Assembly: GCF_009914755.1 (NCBI RefSeq)
Contig: NC_060946.1
Length of the DNA: 64,000 nucleotides
Direction: 5' to 3' (one strand)
From: the human T2T-CHM13v2.0 reference genome, Homo sapiens
Each line of letters starts with the position of its first letter. The first letter of the stretch is position 1. Below are positions 28,401 through 43,400 of the stretch, piece after piece. Under the pieces are notes generated by a model, which was given only the letters and a program-made list of their open reading frames with translations, ran no database searches and was not told where the DNA came from. Both the position numbers and the translations under genes were made by a program.

Positions 28401-31400
28401 CCAAATGTCCACTTCCAGATACTACAAAAAGAGTGTTTCAAACCTACTCTGTGAAAGGGAATATTAAACTCTGTGACTTGAATGCAGATATCACAAAGAA
28501 GTTTCTGAGAATGCTTCTGTCGAGATTTTATATGAAGATATTCCCGTTTCCAACGAAATCCTGAAATCTATCCAAATATCCCCTCGCAGATTCTACAAAA
28601 AGAGTGTTTCAAAACTGCTCTGTAAAAAGAAAGGTTCAACTCTGTTAGTTGAGTACACACATCACAAACAAGTTTCACAGAATGCTTCTTTCTAGCTTGT
28701 AGGGGAAGATATTCCCTTTATCACCATGGGCCTCAAACCGTCCGAAACGTCCACTTCCATATACTACAAAAAGAGCGTTTCAAACCTGCTCTATGAAAGT
28801 CAATGTTGAACTCTGTGACTTGAATGCAGACATCACAGAGCAGTTTCTGAGAATGCTTCTGTCTAGATTTTATAGGAAGATATTCCCGTTTCCAACGAAA
28901 TCTTCACAGCTATCCAAATATCCACTTGCAGATTCTACAAAAAGAGTGTATCAAAACTGCTCTGTCAAAAGGAAGGTTCTTCTCTGTTAGGTGAGTGCAT
29001 ACGTCATAAAGGAGTTTCTGAGAATGTTTCTGTCTAGTGGTTATGGGAAGATATTTGCTTTTTCACCGTAGGCCTCAGAGCGCTCCAAATATCCACTTGC
29101 ACATGCTACAAAAAGAGTGCTTCAAAGCTGCTCTCTGAAAAGGAATGTTCAACTCTATGAGTTGAATGCAAACATCACAAAGACGTTTCTGAGAATGCTT
29201 CTGTCTAGATTTGATATGAAGATATTCCCGTTTCCAACGAAATCTTCAAATCTATCCAAATGTCCACTTGCAGATTCAACAAAAAGTGTTTTTCAGAACT
29301 GCTCTATCAAAAGAAAGATCCACCTCTGTTAGCTGAGTTCACACATCACAAACAAGTTTATGAGAATGCTTCTGTCTAGTTTTTATTTGAAGATATTTCC
29401 TTTCTCACCATAGACCTGAAAGCTGTCCTAATGTTCACTTCCAGATACTACAGAAAGAGTGTTTCAAAACTGCTGTACGAAAGGGAATGTTCAACACTGT
29501 GACTTGAATGCACACATCACAAAGAAGTTTCTGAGGATGCTGCTGTCCACTTTTTATACGTAATCCCGTTTCCAACGAAATCCTCCAAGCTATCCAAATA
29601 TCCACTTGCAGATTCCACAGAAAGACTGTTTCAAAACTGCTCTGTCAATAGAAAGGTTCAACTCTGTTAGCTGCGTGCATATATCCCAAAGAAGATTCTG
29701 AGATTACTTCTGTCTAGTTTTTATGGGAAGATATTTCCCTTTTCACCGTAGGCGTCAAGGCGCTCCAAATGTCCACTTCCAGATACTACAAAAAGAGTGT
29801 TTCAAACCTACTCTGTGAAAGGGAGTATTCAACTCTGTGACTTGAATACACATATCACAAAGAAGTTTCTGAGAATGCTTCTGTCGAGATTTTATATGAA
29901 GATATTCCCGTTTCCAACGAAATCCTGAAATCTATCCAAATATCCCCTCGCAGATTCTACAAAAAGAGTGTTTCAAAACTGCTCTCTAAAAAGAAAGGTT
30001 CAACTCTGTTAGTTGAGTACACACATCACAAACAAGTTTCACAGAATGCTTCTTTCTAGCTTGTAGGGGAAGATATTCCCTTTATCACCATGGGCCTCAA
30101 ACCGTCCGAAACGTCTACTTACATATACTACAAAAAGAGCGTTTCAAACCTGCTCTATGAAAGGCAATGTTCAACTCTGTGACTTGAATGCAGACATCAC
30201 AGAGCAGTTTCTGAGAATGCTTCTGTCTACATTTTATAGGAAGATATTCCCGTTTCCAACGAAATCTTCACAGCTATCCAAATATCCACTTGCAGATTCT
30301 ACAAAAAGAGTGTATCAAAACTGCTCTGTCAAAAGGAAGGTTCTTCTCTGTTAGGTGAGTGCACACGTCATAAAGGAGTTTCTGAGAATGTTTCTGTCTA
30401 GTGGTTATGGGAAGATATTTGCTTTTTCACCGTAGGCCTCAGAGCGCTCCAAATATCCTCTTGCACATACTACAAAAAGAGTGCTTCAAAGCTGCTCTCT
30501 GAAACGGAATGTTCAACTCTATGAGTTGAATGCAAACATCACAAAGACGTTTCTGAGAATGCTTCTGTCTAGATTTGATATGAAGATATTCCCGTTTCCA
30601 ACGAAATCTTCAAATCTATCCAAATGTCCACTTGCAGATTCAACAAAAAGTGTTTTTCAGAACTGCTCTATCAAAAGAAAGATCCACCTCTCTTAGCTGA
30701 GTTCACACATCACAAACAAGTTTATGAGAATGCTTCTGTCTAGTTTTTATTTGAAGATATTTCCTTTCTCACCATAGACCTGAAAGCTGTCCTAATGTTC
30801 ACTTCCAGATACTACAGAAAGAGTGTTTCAAAACTGCTGTACGAAAGGGAATGTTCAACACTGTGACTTGAATGCACACATCACAAAGAAGTTTCTGAGG
30901 ATGCTGCTGTCTACTTTTTATACGTAATCCCGTTTCCAACGAAATCCTCCAAGCTATCCAAATATCCACTTGCAGATTCCACAGAAAGACTGTTTCAAAA
31001 CTGCTCTGTCAATAGAAAGGTTCAACTCTGTTAGCTGCGTGCATATATCCCAAAGAAGATTCTGAGATTACTTCTGTCTAGTTTTTATGGGAAGATATTT
31101 CCCTTTTCACCGTAGGCGTCAAGGCGCTCCAAATGTCCACTTCCAGATACTACAAAAAGAGTGTTTCAAACCTACTCTGTGAAAGGGAGTATTCAACTCT
31201 GTGACTTGAATACACATATCACAAAGAAGTTTCTGAGAATGCTTCTGTCGAGATTTTCTATGAAGATATTCCCGTTTCCAACGAAATCCTGAAATCTATC
31301 CAAATATCCCCTCGCAGATTCTACAAAAAGAGTGTTTCAAAACTGCTCTGTAAAAAGAAAGGTTCAACTCTGTTAGTTGAGTACACACATCACAAACAAG

Positions 31401-34400
31401 TTTCACAGAATGCTTCTTTCTAGCTTGTAGGGGAAGATATTCCCTTTATCACCATGGGCCTCAAACCGTCCGAAACGTCCACTTTTATATACTACAAAAA
31501 GAGCGTTTCAAACCTGCTCTATGAAAGGCAATGTTCAACTCTGCGACTTGAATGCAGACATTACAGAGCTGTTTCTGAGAATGCTTCTGTCTAGATTTTA
31601 TAGGAAGATATTCCCGTTTCCAACGAAATCTTCACAGCTATCCAAATATCCACTTGCAGATTCTACAAAAAGAGTGTATCAAAAATGCTCTGTCAAAAGG
31701 AAGGTTCTTCTCTGTTAGGTGAGTGCATACGTCATAAAGGAGTTTCTGAGAATGTTTCTGTCTAGTGGTTATGGGAAGATATTTGCTTTTTCACCGTAGG
31801 TCTCAGAGCGCTCCAAATATCCACTTGCACATAGTACAAAAAGAGTGCTTCAAAGCTGCTCTCTGAAACGGAATGTTCAACTCTATGAGTTGAATGCAAA
31901 CATCACAAAGACGTTTCTGAGAATGCTTCTGTCTAGATTTGATATGAAGATATTCCCGTTTCCAACGAAACCTTCAAAACTATCCAAATGTCCACTTGCA
32001 GATTCAACAAAAAGTGTTTTTCAGAACTGCTCTATCAAAAGAAAGATCCACCGCTGTTTGCTGAGTTCACACATCACAAACAAGTTTATGAGAATGCTTC
32101 TGTCTAGTTTTTATTTGAAGATATTTCCTTTCTCACCATAGACCTGAAAGCTGTCCTAATGTTCACTTCCAGATACTACAGAAAGAGTGTTTCAAAACTG
32201 CTGTACGAAAGGGAATGTTCAACACTGTGACTTGAATGCACACATCACAAAGAAGTTTCTGAGGATGCTGCTGTCTACTTTTTATACGTAATCCCGTTTC
32301 CAACGAAATCCTCCAAGCTATCCAAATATCCACTTGCAGATTCCACAGAAAGACTGTTTCAAAACTGCTCTGTCAATAGAAAGGTTCAACTCTGTTAGCT
32401 GCGTGCATATATCCCAAAGAAGATTCTGAGATTCCTTCTGTCTAGTTTTTATGGGAAGATATTTCCCTTTTCACCGTAGCGGTCAAGGCGCTCCAAATGT
32501 CCACTTCCAGATACTACAAAAAGAGTGTTTCAAACCTACTCTGTGAAAGGGAATATTCAACTCTGTGACTTGAATGCAGATATCACAAAGAAGTTTCTGA
32601 GAATGCTTCTGTCGAGATTTTATATGAAGATATTCCCGTTTCCAACGAAATCCTGAAATCTATCCAAATATCCCCTCGCAGATTCTACAAAAAGAGTGTT
32701 TCAAAACTGCTCTGTAAAAAGAAAGGTTCAACTCTGTTAGTTGAGTACACACATCACAAACAAGTTTCACAGAATGCTTCTTTCTAGCTTGTAGGGGAAG
32801 ATATTCCCTTTATCACCATGGGCCTCAAACCGTCCGAAACGTCCACTTCCATATACTACAAAAAGAGCGTTTCAAACCTGCTCTATGAAAGTCAATGTTC
32901 AACTCTGTGACTTGAATGCAGACATCACAGAGCAGTTTCTGAGAATGCTTCTGTCTAGATTTTATAGGAAGATATTCCCGTTTCCAACGAAATCTTCACA
33001 GCTATCCAAATATCCACTTGCAGATTCTACAAAAAGAGTGTATCAAAACTGCTCTGTCAAAAGGAAGGTTCTTCTCTGTTAGGTGAGTGCATACGTCATA
33101 AAGGAGTTTCTGAGAATGTTTCTGTCTAGTGGTTATGGGAAGATATTTGCTTTTTCATCGTAGGCCTCAGAGCGCTCCAAATATCCACTTGCACATGCTA
33201 CAAAAAGAGTGCTTCAAAGCTGCTCTCTGAAACGGAATGTTCAACTCTATGAGTTGAATGCAAACATCACAAAGACGTTTCTGAGAATGCTTCTGTCTAG
33301 ATTTGATATGAAGATATTCCCGTTTCCAACGAAATCTTCAAATCTATCCAAATGTCCACTTGCAGATTCAACAAAAAGTGTTTTTCAGAACTGCTCTATC
33401 AAAAGAAAGATCCACCTCTGTTAGCTGAGTTCACACATCACAAACAAGTTTATGAGAATGCTTCTGTCTAGTTTTTATTTGAAGATATTTCCTTTCTCAC
33501 CATAGACCTGAAAGCTGTCCTAATGTTCACTTCCAGATACTACAGAAAGAGTGTTTCAAAACTGCTGTACGAAAGGGAATGTTCAACACTGTGACTTGAA
33601 TGCACACATCACAAAGAAGTTTCTGAGGATGCTGCTGTCCACTTTTTATACGTAATCCCGTTTCCAACGAAATCCTCCAAGCTATCCAAATATCCACTTG
33701 CAGATTCCACAGAAAGACTGTTTCAAAACTGCTCTGTCAATAGAAAGGTTCAACTCTGTTAGCTGCGTGCATATATCCCAAAGAAGATTCTGAGATTACT
33801 TTTGTCTAGTTTTTATGGGAAGATATTTCCCTTTTCACCGTAGGCGTCAAGGCGCTCCAAATGTCCACTTCCAGATACTACAAAAAGAGTGTTTCAAACC
33901 TACTCTGTGAAAGGGAGTATTCAACTCTGTGACTTGAATACACATATCACAAAGAAGTTTCTGAGAATGCTTCTGTCGAGATTTTATATGAAGATATTCC
34001 CGTTTCCAACGAAATCCTGAAATCTATCCAAATATCCCCTCGCAGATTCTACAAAAAGAGTGTTTCAAAACTGCTCTGTAAAAAGAAAGGTTCAACTCTG
34101 TTAGTTGAGTACACACATCACAAACAAGTTTCACAGAATGCTTCTTTCCAGCTTGTAGGGGAAGATATTCCCTTTATCACCATGGGCCTCAAACCGTCCG
34201 AAACGTCTACTTACATATACTACAAAAAGAGCGTTTCAAACCTGCTCTATGAAAGGCAATGTTCAACTCTGTGACTTGAATGCAGACATCACAGAGCAGT
34301 TTCTGAGAATGCTTCTGTCTACATTTTATAGGAAGATATTCCCGTTTCCAACGAAATCTTCACAGCTATCCAAATATCCACTTGCAGATTCTACAAAAAG

Positions 34401-37400
34401 AGTGTATCAAAACTGCTCTGTCAAAAGGAAGGTTCTTCTCTGTTAGGTGAGTGCACACGTCATAAAGGAGTTTCTGAGAATGTTTCTGTCTAGTGGTTAT
34501 GGGAAGATATTTGCTTTTTCACCGTAGGCCCCAGAGCGCTCCAAATATCCTCTTGCACATACTACAAAAAGAGTGCTTCAAAGCTGCTCTCTGAAACGGA
34601 ATGTTCAACTCTATGAGTTGAATGCAAACATCACAAAGACGTTTCTGAGAATGCTTCTGTCTAGATTTGATATGAAGATATTCCCGTTTCCAACGAAATC
34701 TTCAAATCTATCCAAATGTCCACTTGCAGATTCAACAAAAAGTGTTTTTCAGAACTGCTCTATCAAAAGAAAGATCCACCTCTCTTAGCTGAGTTCACAC
34801 ATCACAAACAAGTTTATGAGAATGCTTCTGTCTAGTTTTTATTTGAAGATATTTCCTTTCTCACCATAGACCTGAAAGCTGTCCTAATGTTCACTTCCAG
34901 ATACTACAGAAAGAGTGTTTCAAAACTGCTGTACGAAAGGGAATGTTCAACACTGTGACTTGAATGCACACATCACAAAGAAGTTTCTGAGGATGCTGCT
35001 GTCTACTTTTTATACGTAATCCCGTTTCCAACGAAATCCTCCAAGCTATCCAAATATCCACTTGCAGATTCCACAGAAAGACTGTTTCAAAACTGCTCTG
35101 TCAATAGAAAGGTTCAACTCTGTTAGCTGCGTGCATATATCCCAAAGAAGATTCTGAGATTACTTCTGTCTAGTTTTTATGGGAAGATATTTCCCTTTTC
35201 ACCGTAGGCGTCAAGGCGCTCCAAATGTCCACTTCCAGATACTACAAAAAGAGTGTTTCAAACCTACTCTGTGAAAGGGAGTATTCAACTCTGTGACTTG
35301 AATACACATATCACAAAGAAGTTTCTGAGAATGCTTCTGTCGAGATTTTATATGAAGATATTCCCGTTTCCAACGAAATCCTGAAATCTATCCAAATATC
35401 CCCTCGCAGATTCTACAAAAAGAGTGTTTCAAAACTGCTCTGTAAAAAGAAAGGTTCAACTCTGTTAGTTGAGTACACACATCACAAACAAGTTTCACAG
35501 AATGCTTCTTTCTAGCTTGTAGGGGAAGATATTCCCTTTATCACCATGGGCCTCAAACCGTCCGAAACGTCCACTTTTATATACTACAAAAAGAGCGTTT
35601 CAAACCTGCTCTATGAAAGGCAATGTTCAACTCTGTGACTTGAATGCAGACATTACAGAGCTGTTTCTGAGAATGCTTCTGTCTAGATTTTATAGGAAGA
35701 TATTCCCGTTTCCAACGAAATCTTCACAGCTATCCAAATATCCACTTGCAGATTCTACAAAAAGAGTGTATCAAAAATGCTCTGTCAAAAGGAAGGTTCT
35801 TCTCTGTTAGGTGAGTGCATACGTCATAAAGGAGTTTCTGAGAATGTTTCTGTCTAGTGGTTATGGGAAGATATTTGCTTTTTCACCGTAGGCCTCACAG
35901 CGCTCCAAATATCCACTTGCACATACTACAAAAAGAGTGCTTCAAAGCTGCTCTCTGAAACGGAATGTTCAACTCTATGAGTTGAATGCAAACATCACAA
36001 AGACGTTTCTGAGAATGCTTCTGTCTAGATTTGATATGAAGATATTCCCGTTTCCAACGAAACCTTCAAAACTATCCAAATGTCCACTTGCAGATTCAAC
36101 AAAAAGTGTTTTTCAGAACTGCTCTATCAAAAGAAAGATCCACCGCTGTTTGCTGAGTTCACACATCACAAACAAGTTTATGAGAATGCTTCTGTCTAGT
36201 TTTTATTTGAAGATATTTCCTTTCTCACCATAGACCTGAAAGCTGTCCTAATGTTCACTTCCAGATACTACAGAAAGAGTGTTTCAAAACTGCTGTACGA
36301 AAGGGAATGTTCAACACTGTGACTTGAATGCACACATCACAAAGAAGTTTCTGAGGATGCTGCTGTCTACTTTTTATACGTAATCCCGTTTCCAACGAAA
36401 TCCTCCAAGCTATCCAAATATCCACTTGCAGATTCCACAGAAAGACTGTTTCAAAACTGCTCTGTCAATAGAAAGGTTCAACTCTGTTAGCTGCGTGCAT
36501 ATATCCCAAAGAAGATTCTGAGATTCCTTCTGTCTAGTTTTTATGGGAAGATATTTCCCTTTTCACCGTAGCGGTCAAGGCGCTCCAAATGTCCACTTCC
36601 AGATACTACAAAAAGAGTGTTTCAAACCTACTCTGTGAAAGGGAATATTCAACTCTGTGACTTGAATGCACATATCACAAAGAAGTTTCTGAGAATGCTT
36701 CTGTCGAGATTTTATATGAAGATATTCCCGTTTCCAACGAAATCCTGAAATCTATCCAAATATCCCCTCGCAGATTCTACAAAAAGAGTGTTTCAAAACT
36801 GCTCTGTAAAAAGAAAGGTTCAACTCTGTTAGTTGAGTACACACATCACAAACAAGTTTCACAGAATGCTTCTTTCTAGCTTGTAGGGGAAGATATTCCC
36901 TTTATCACCATGGGCCTCAAACCGTCCGAAACGTCCACTTCCATATACTACAAAAAGAGCGTTTCAAACCTGCTCTATGAAAGTCAATGTTCAACTCTGT
37001 GACTTGAATGCAGACATCACAGAGCAGTTTCTGAGAATGCTTCTGTATAGATTTTATAGGAAGATATTCCCGTTTCCAACGAAATCTTCACAGCTATCCA
37101 AATATCCACTTGCAGATTCTACAAAAAGAGTGTATCAAAACTGCTCTGTCAAAAGGAAGGTTCTTCTCTGTTACGTGAGTGCATACGTCATAAAGGAGTT
37201 TCTGAGAATGTTTCTGTCTAGTGGTTATGGGAAGATATTTGCTTTTTCACCGTAGGCCTCAGAGCGCTCCAAATATCCACTTGCACATGCTACAAAAAGA
37301 GTGCTTCAAAGCTGCTCTCTGAAACGGAATGTTCAACTCTATGAGTTGAATGCAAACATCACAAAGACGTTTCTGAGAATGCTTCTGTCTAGATTTGATA

Positions 37401-40400
37401 TGAAGATATTCCCGTTTCCAACGAAATCTTCAAATCTATCCAAATGTCCACTTGCAGATTCAACAAAAAGTGTTTTTCAGAACTGCTCTATCAAAAGAAA
37501 GATCCACCTCTGTTAGCTGAGTTCACACATCACAAACAAGTTTATGAGAATGCTTCTGTCTAGTTTTTATTTGAAGATATTTCCTTTCTCACCATAGACC
37601 TGAAAGCTGTCCTAATGTTCACTTCCAGATACTACAGAAAGAGTGTTTCAAAACTGCTGTACGAAAGGGAATGTTCAACACTGTGACTTGAATGCACACA
37701 TCACAAAGAAGTTTCTGAGGATGCTGCTGTCCACTTTTTATACGTAATCCCGTTTCCAACGAAATCCTCCAAGCTATCCAAATATCCACTTGCAGATTCC
37801 ACAGAAAGACTGTTTCAAAACTGCTCTGTCAATAGAAAGGTTCAACTCTGTTAGCTGCGTGCATATATCCCAAAGAAGATTCTGAGATTACTTCTGTCTA
37901 GTTTTTATGGGAAGATATTTCCCTTTTCACCGTAGGCGTCAAGGCGCTCCAAATGTCCACTTCCAGATACTACAAAAAGAGTGTTTCAAACCTACTCTGT
38001 GAAAGGGAGTATTCAACTCTGTGACTTGAATACACATATCACAAAGAAGTTTCTGAGAATGCTTCTGTCGAGATTTTATATGAAGATATTCCCGTTTCCA
38101 ACGAAATCCTGAAATCTATCCAAATATCCCCTCACAGATTCTACAAAAAGAGTGTTTCAAAACTGCTCTGTAAAAAGAAAGGTTCAACTCTGTTAGTTGA
38201 GTACACACATCACAAACAAGTTTCACAGAATGCTTCTTTCTAGCTTGTAGGGGAAGATATTCCCTTTATCACCATGGGCCTCAAACCGTCCGAAACGTCT
38301 ACTTACATATACTACAAAAAGAGCGTTTCAAACCTGCTCTATGAAAGGCAATGTTCAACTCTGTGACTTGAATGCAGACATCACAGAGCAGTTTCTGAGA
38401 ATGCTTCTGTCTACATTTTATAGGAAGATATTCCCGTTTCCAACGAAATCTTCACAGCTATCCAAATATCCACTTGCAGATTCTACAAAAAGAGTGTATC
38501 AAAACTGCTCTGTCAAAAGGAAGGTTCTTCTCTGTTAGGTGAGTGCACACGTCATAAAGGAGTTTCTGAGAATGTTTCTGTCTAGTGGTTATGGGAAGAT
38601 ATTTGCTTTTTCACCGTAGGCCTCAGAGCGCTCCAAATATCCTCTTGCACATACTACAAAAAGAGTGCTTCAAAGCTGCTCTCTGAAACGGAATGTTCAA
38701 CTCTATGAGTTGAATGCAAACATCACAAAGACGTTTCTGAGAATGCTTCTGTCTAGATTTGATATGAAGATATTCCCGTTTCCAACGAAACCTTCAAAAC
38801 TATCCAAATGTCCACTTGCAGATTCAACAAAAAGTGTTTTTCAGAACTGCTCTATCAAAAGAAAGATCCACCGCTGTTTGCTGAGTTCACACATCACAAA
38901 CAAGTTTATGAGAATGCTTCTGTCTAGTTTTTATTTGAAGATATTTCCTTTCTCACCATAGACCTGAAAGCTGTCCTAATGTTCACTTCCAGATACTACA
39001 GAAAGAGTGTTTCAAAACTGCTGTACGAAAGGGAATGTTCAACTCTGTGACTTGAATGCACACATCACAAAGAAGTTTCTGAGGATGCTGCTGTCTACTT
39101 TTTATACGTAATCCCGTTTCCAACGAAATCCTCCAAGCTATCCAAATATCCACTTGCAGATTCCACAGAAAGACTGTTTCAAAACTGCTCTGTCAATAGA
39201 AAGGTTCAACTCTGTTAGCTGCGTGCATATATCCCAAAGAAGATTCTGAGATTCCTTCTGTCTAGTTTTTATGGGAAGATATTTCCCTTTTCACCGTAGC
39301 GGTCAAGGCGCTCCAAATGTCCACTTCCAGATACTACAAAAAGAGTGTTTCAAACCTACTCTGTGAAAGGGAATATTCAACTCTGTGACTTGAATGCAGA
39401 TATCACAAAGAAGTTTCTGAGAATGCTTCTGTCGAGATTTTATATGAAGATATTCCCGTTTCCAACGAAATCCTGAAATCTATCCAAATATCCCCTCGCA
39501 GATTCTACAAAAAGAGTGTTTCAAAACTGCTCTGTAAAAAGAAAGGTTCAACTCTGTTAGTTGAGTACACACATCACAAACAAGTTTCACAGAATGCTTC
39601 TTTCTAGCTTGTAGGGGAAGATATTCCCTTTATCACCATGGGCCTCAAACCGTCCGAAACGTCCACTTCCATATACTACAAAAAGAGCGTTTCAAACCTG
39701 CTCTATGAAAGTCAATGTTGAACTCTGTGACTTGAATGCAGACATCACAGAGCAGTTTCTGAGAATGCTTCTGTCTAGATTTTATAGGAAGATATTCCCG
39801 TTTCCAACGAAATCTTCACAGCTATCCAAATATCCACTTGCAGATTCTACAAAAAGAGTGTATCAAAACTGCTCTGTCAAAAGGAAGGTTCTTCTCTGTT
39901 AGGTGAGTGCATACGTCATAAAGGAGTTTCTGAGAATGTTTCTGTCTAGTGGTTATGGGAAGATATTTGCTTTTTCCCCGTAGGCCTCAGAGCGCTCCAA
40001 ATATCCACTTGCACATGCTACAAAAAGAGTGCTTCAAAGCTGCTCTCTGAAACGGAATGTTCAACTCTATGAGTTGAATGCAAACATCACAAAGACGTTT
40101 CTGAGAATGCTTCTGTCTAGATTTGATATGAAGATATTCCCGTTTCCAACGAAATCTTCAAATCTATCCAAATGTCCACTTGCAGATTCAACAAAAAGTG
40201 TTTTTCAGAACTGCTCTATCAAAAGAAAGATCCACCTCTGTTAGCTGAGTTCACACATCACAAACAAGTTTATGAGAATGCTTCTGTCTAGTTTTTATTT
40301 GAAGATATTTCCTTTCTCACCATAGACCTGAAAGCTGTCCTAATGTTCACTTCCAGATACTACAGAAAGAGTGTTTCAAAACTGCTGTACGAAAGGGAAT

Positions 40401-43400
40401 GTTCAACACTGTGACTTGAATGCACACATCACAAAGAAGTTTCTGAGGATGCTGCTGTCCACTTTTTATACGTAATCCCGTTTCCAACGAAATCCTCCAA
40501 GCTATCCAAATATCCACTTGCAGATTCCACAGAAAGACTGTTTCAAAACTGCTCTGTCAATAGAAAGGTTCAACTCTGTTAGCTGCGTGCATATATCCCA
40601 AAGAAGATTCTGAGATTACTTCTGTCTAGTTTTTATGGGAAGATATTTCCCTTTTCACCGTAGGCGTCAAGGCGCTCCAAATGTCCACTTCCAGATACTA
40701 CAAAAAGAGTGTTTCAAACCTACTCTGTGAAAGGGAGTATTCAACTCTGTGACTTGAATACACATATCACAAAGAAGTTTCTGAGAATGCTTCTGTCGAG
40801 ATTTTATATGAAGATATTCCCGTTTCCAACGAAATCCTGAAATCTATCCAAATATCCCCTCGCAGATTCTACAAAAAGAGTGTTTCAAAACTGCTCTGTA
40901 AAAAGAAAGGTTCAACTCTGTTAGTTGAGTACACACATCACAAACAAGTTTCACAGAATGCTTCTTTCTAGCTTGTAGGGGAAGATATTCCCTTTATCAC
41001 CATGGGCCTCAAACCGTCCGAAACGTCTACTTACATATACTACAAAAAGAGCGTTTCAAACCTGCTCTATGAAAGGCAATGTTCAACTCTGTGACTTGAA
41101 TGCAGACATCACAGAGCAGTTTCTGAGAATGCTTCTGTCTACATTTTATAGGAAGATATTCCCGTTTCCAACGAAATCTTCACAGCTATCCAAATATCCA
41201 CTTGCAGATTCTACAAAAAGAGTGTATCAAAACTGCTCTGTCAAAAGGAAGGTTCTCCTCTGTTAGGTGAGTGCACACGTCATAAAGGAGTTTCTGAGAA
41301 TGTTTCTGTCTAGTGGTTATGGGAAGATATTTGCTTTTTCACCGTAGGCCTCAGAGCGCTCCAAATATCCTCTTGCACATACTACAAAAAGAGTGCTTCA
41401 AAGCTGCTCTCTGAAACGGAATGTTCAACTCTATGAGTTGAATGCAAACATCACAAAGACGTTTCTGAGAATGCTTCTGTCTAGATTTGATATGAAGATA
41501 TTCCCGTTTCCAACGAAATCTTCAAATCTATCCAAATGTCCACTTGCAGATTCAACAAAAAGTGTTTTTCAGAACTGCTCTATCAAAAGAAAGATCCACC
41601 TCTGTTAGCTGAGTTCACACATCACAAACAAGTTTATGAGAATGCTTCTGTCTAGTTTTTATTTGAAGATATTTCCTTTCTCACCATAGACCTGAAAGCT
41701 GTCCTAATGTTCACTTCCAGATACTACAGAAAGAGTGTTTCAAAACTGCTGTACGAAAGGGAATGTTCAACACTGTGACTTGAATGCACACATCACAAAG
41801 AAGTTTCTGAGGATGCTGCTGTCTACTTTTTATACGTAATCCCGTTTCCAACGAAATCCTCCAAGCTATCCAAATATCCACTTGCAGATTCCACAGAAAG
41901 ACTGTTTCAAAACTGCTCTGTCAATAGAAAGGTTCAACTCTGTTAGCTGCGTGCATATATCCCAAAGAAGATTCTGAGATTACTTCTGTCTAGTTTTTAT
42001 GGGAAGATATTTCCCTTTTCACCGTAGGCGTCAAGGCGCTCCAAATGTCCACTTCCAGATACTACAAAAAGAGTGTTTCAAACCTACTCTGTGAAAGGGA
42101 GTATTCAACTCTGTGACTTGAATACACATATCACAAAGAAGTTTCTGAGAATGCTTCTGTCGAGATTTTATATGAAGATATTCCCGTTTCCAACGAAATC
42201 CTGAAATCTATCCAAATATCCCCTCGCAGATTCTACAAAAAGAGTGTTTCAAAACTGCTCTGTAAAAAGAAAGGTTCAACTCTGTTAGTTGAGTACACAC
42301 ATCACAAACAAGTTTCACAGAATGCTTCTTTCTAGCTTGTAGGGGAAGATATTCCCTTTATCACCATGGGCCTCAAACCGTCCGAAACGTCTACTTACAT
42401 ATACTACAAAAAGAGCGTTTCAAACCTGCTCTATGAAAGGCAATGTTCAACTCTGTGACTTGAATGCAGACATCACAGAGCAGTTTCTGAGAATGCTTCT
42501 GTCTACATTTTATAGGAAGATATTCCCGTTTCCAACGAAATCTTCACAGCTATCCAAATATCCACTTGCAGATTCTACAAAAAGAGTGTATCAAAACTGC
42601 TCTGTCAAAAGGAAGGTTCTTCTCTGTTAGGTGAGTGCACACGTCATAAAGGAGTTTCTGAGAATGTTTCTGTCTAGTGGTTATGGGAAGATATTTGCTT
42701 TTTCACCGTAGGCCTCAGAGCGCTCCAAATATCCTCTTGCACATACTACAAAAAGAGTGCTTCAAAGCTGCTCTCTGAAACGGAATGTTCAACTCTATGA
42801 GTTGAATGCAAACATCACAAAGACGTTTCTGAGAATGCTTCTGTCTAGATTTGATATGAAGATATTCCCGTTTCCAACGAAATCTTCAAATCTATCCAAA
42901 TGTCCACTTGCAGATTCAACAAAAAGTGTTTTTCAGAACTGCTCTATCAAAAGAAAGATCCACCTCTCTTAGCTGAGTTCACACATCACAAACAAGTTTA
43001 TGAGAATGCTTCTGTCTAGTTTTTATTTGAAGATATTTCCTTTCTCACCATAGACCTGAAAGCTGTCCTAATGTTCACTTCCACATACTACAGAAAGAGT
43101 GTTTCAAAACTGCTGTACGAAAGGGAATGTTCAACACTGTGACTTGAATGCACACATCACAAAGAAGTTTCTGAGGATGCTGCTGTCTACTTTTTATACG
43201 TAATCCCGTTTCCAACGAAATCCTCCAAGCTATCCAAATATCCACTTGCAGATTCCACAGAAAGACTGTTTCAAAACTGCTCTGTCAATAGAAAGGTTCA
43301 ACTCTGTTAGCTGCGTGCATATATCCCAAAGAAGATTCTGAGATTACTTCTGTCTAGTTTTTATGGGAAGATATTTCCCTTTTCACCGTAGGCGTCAAGG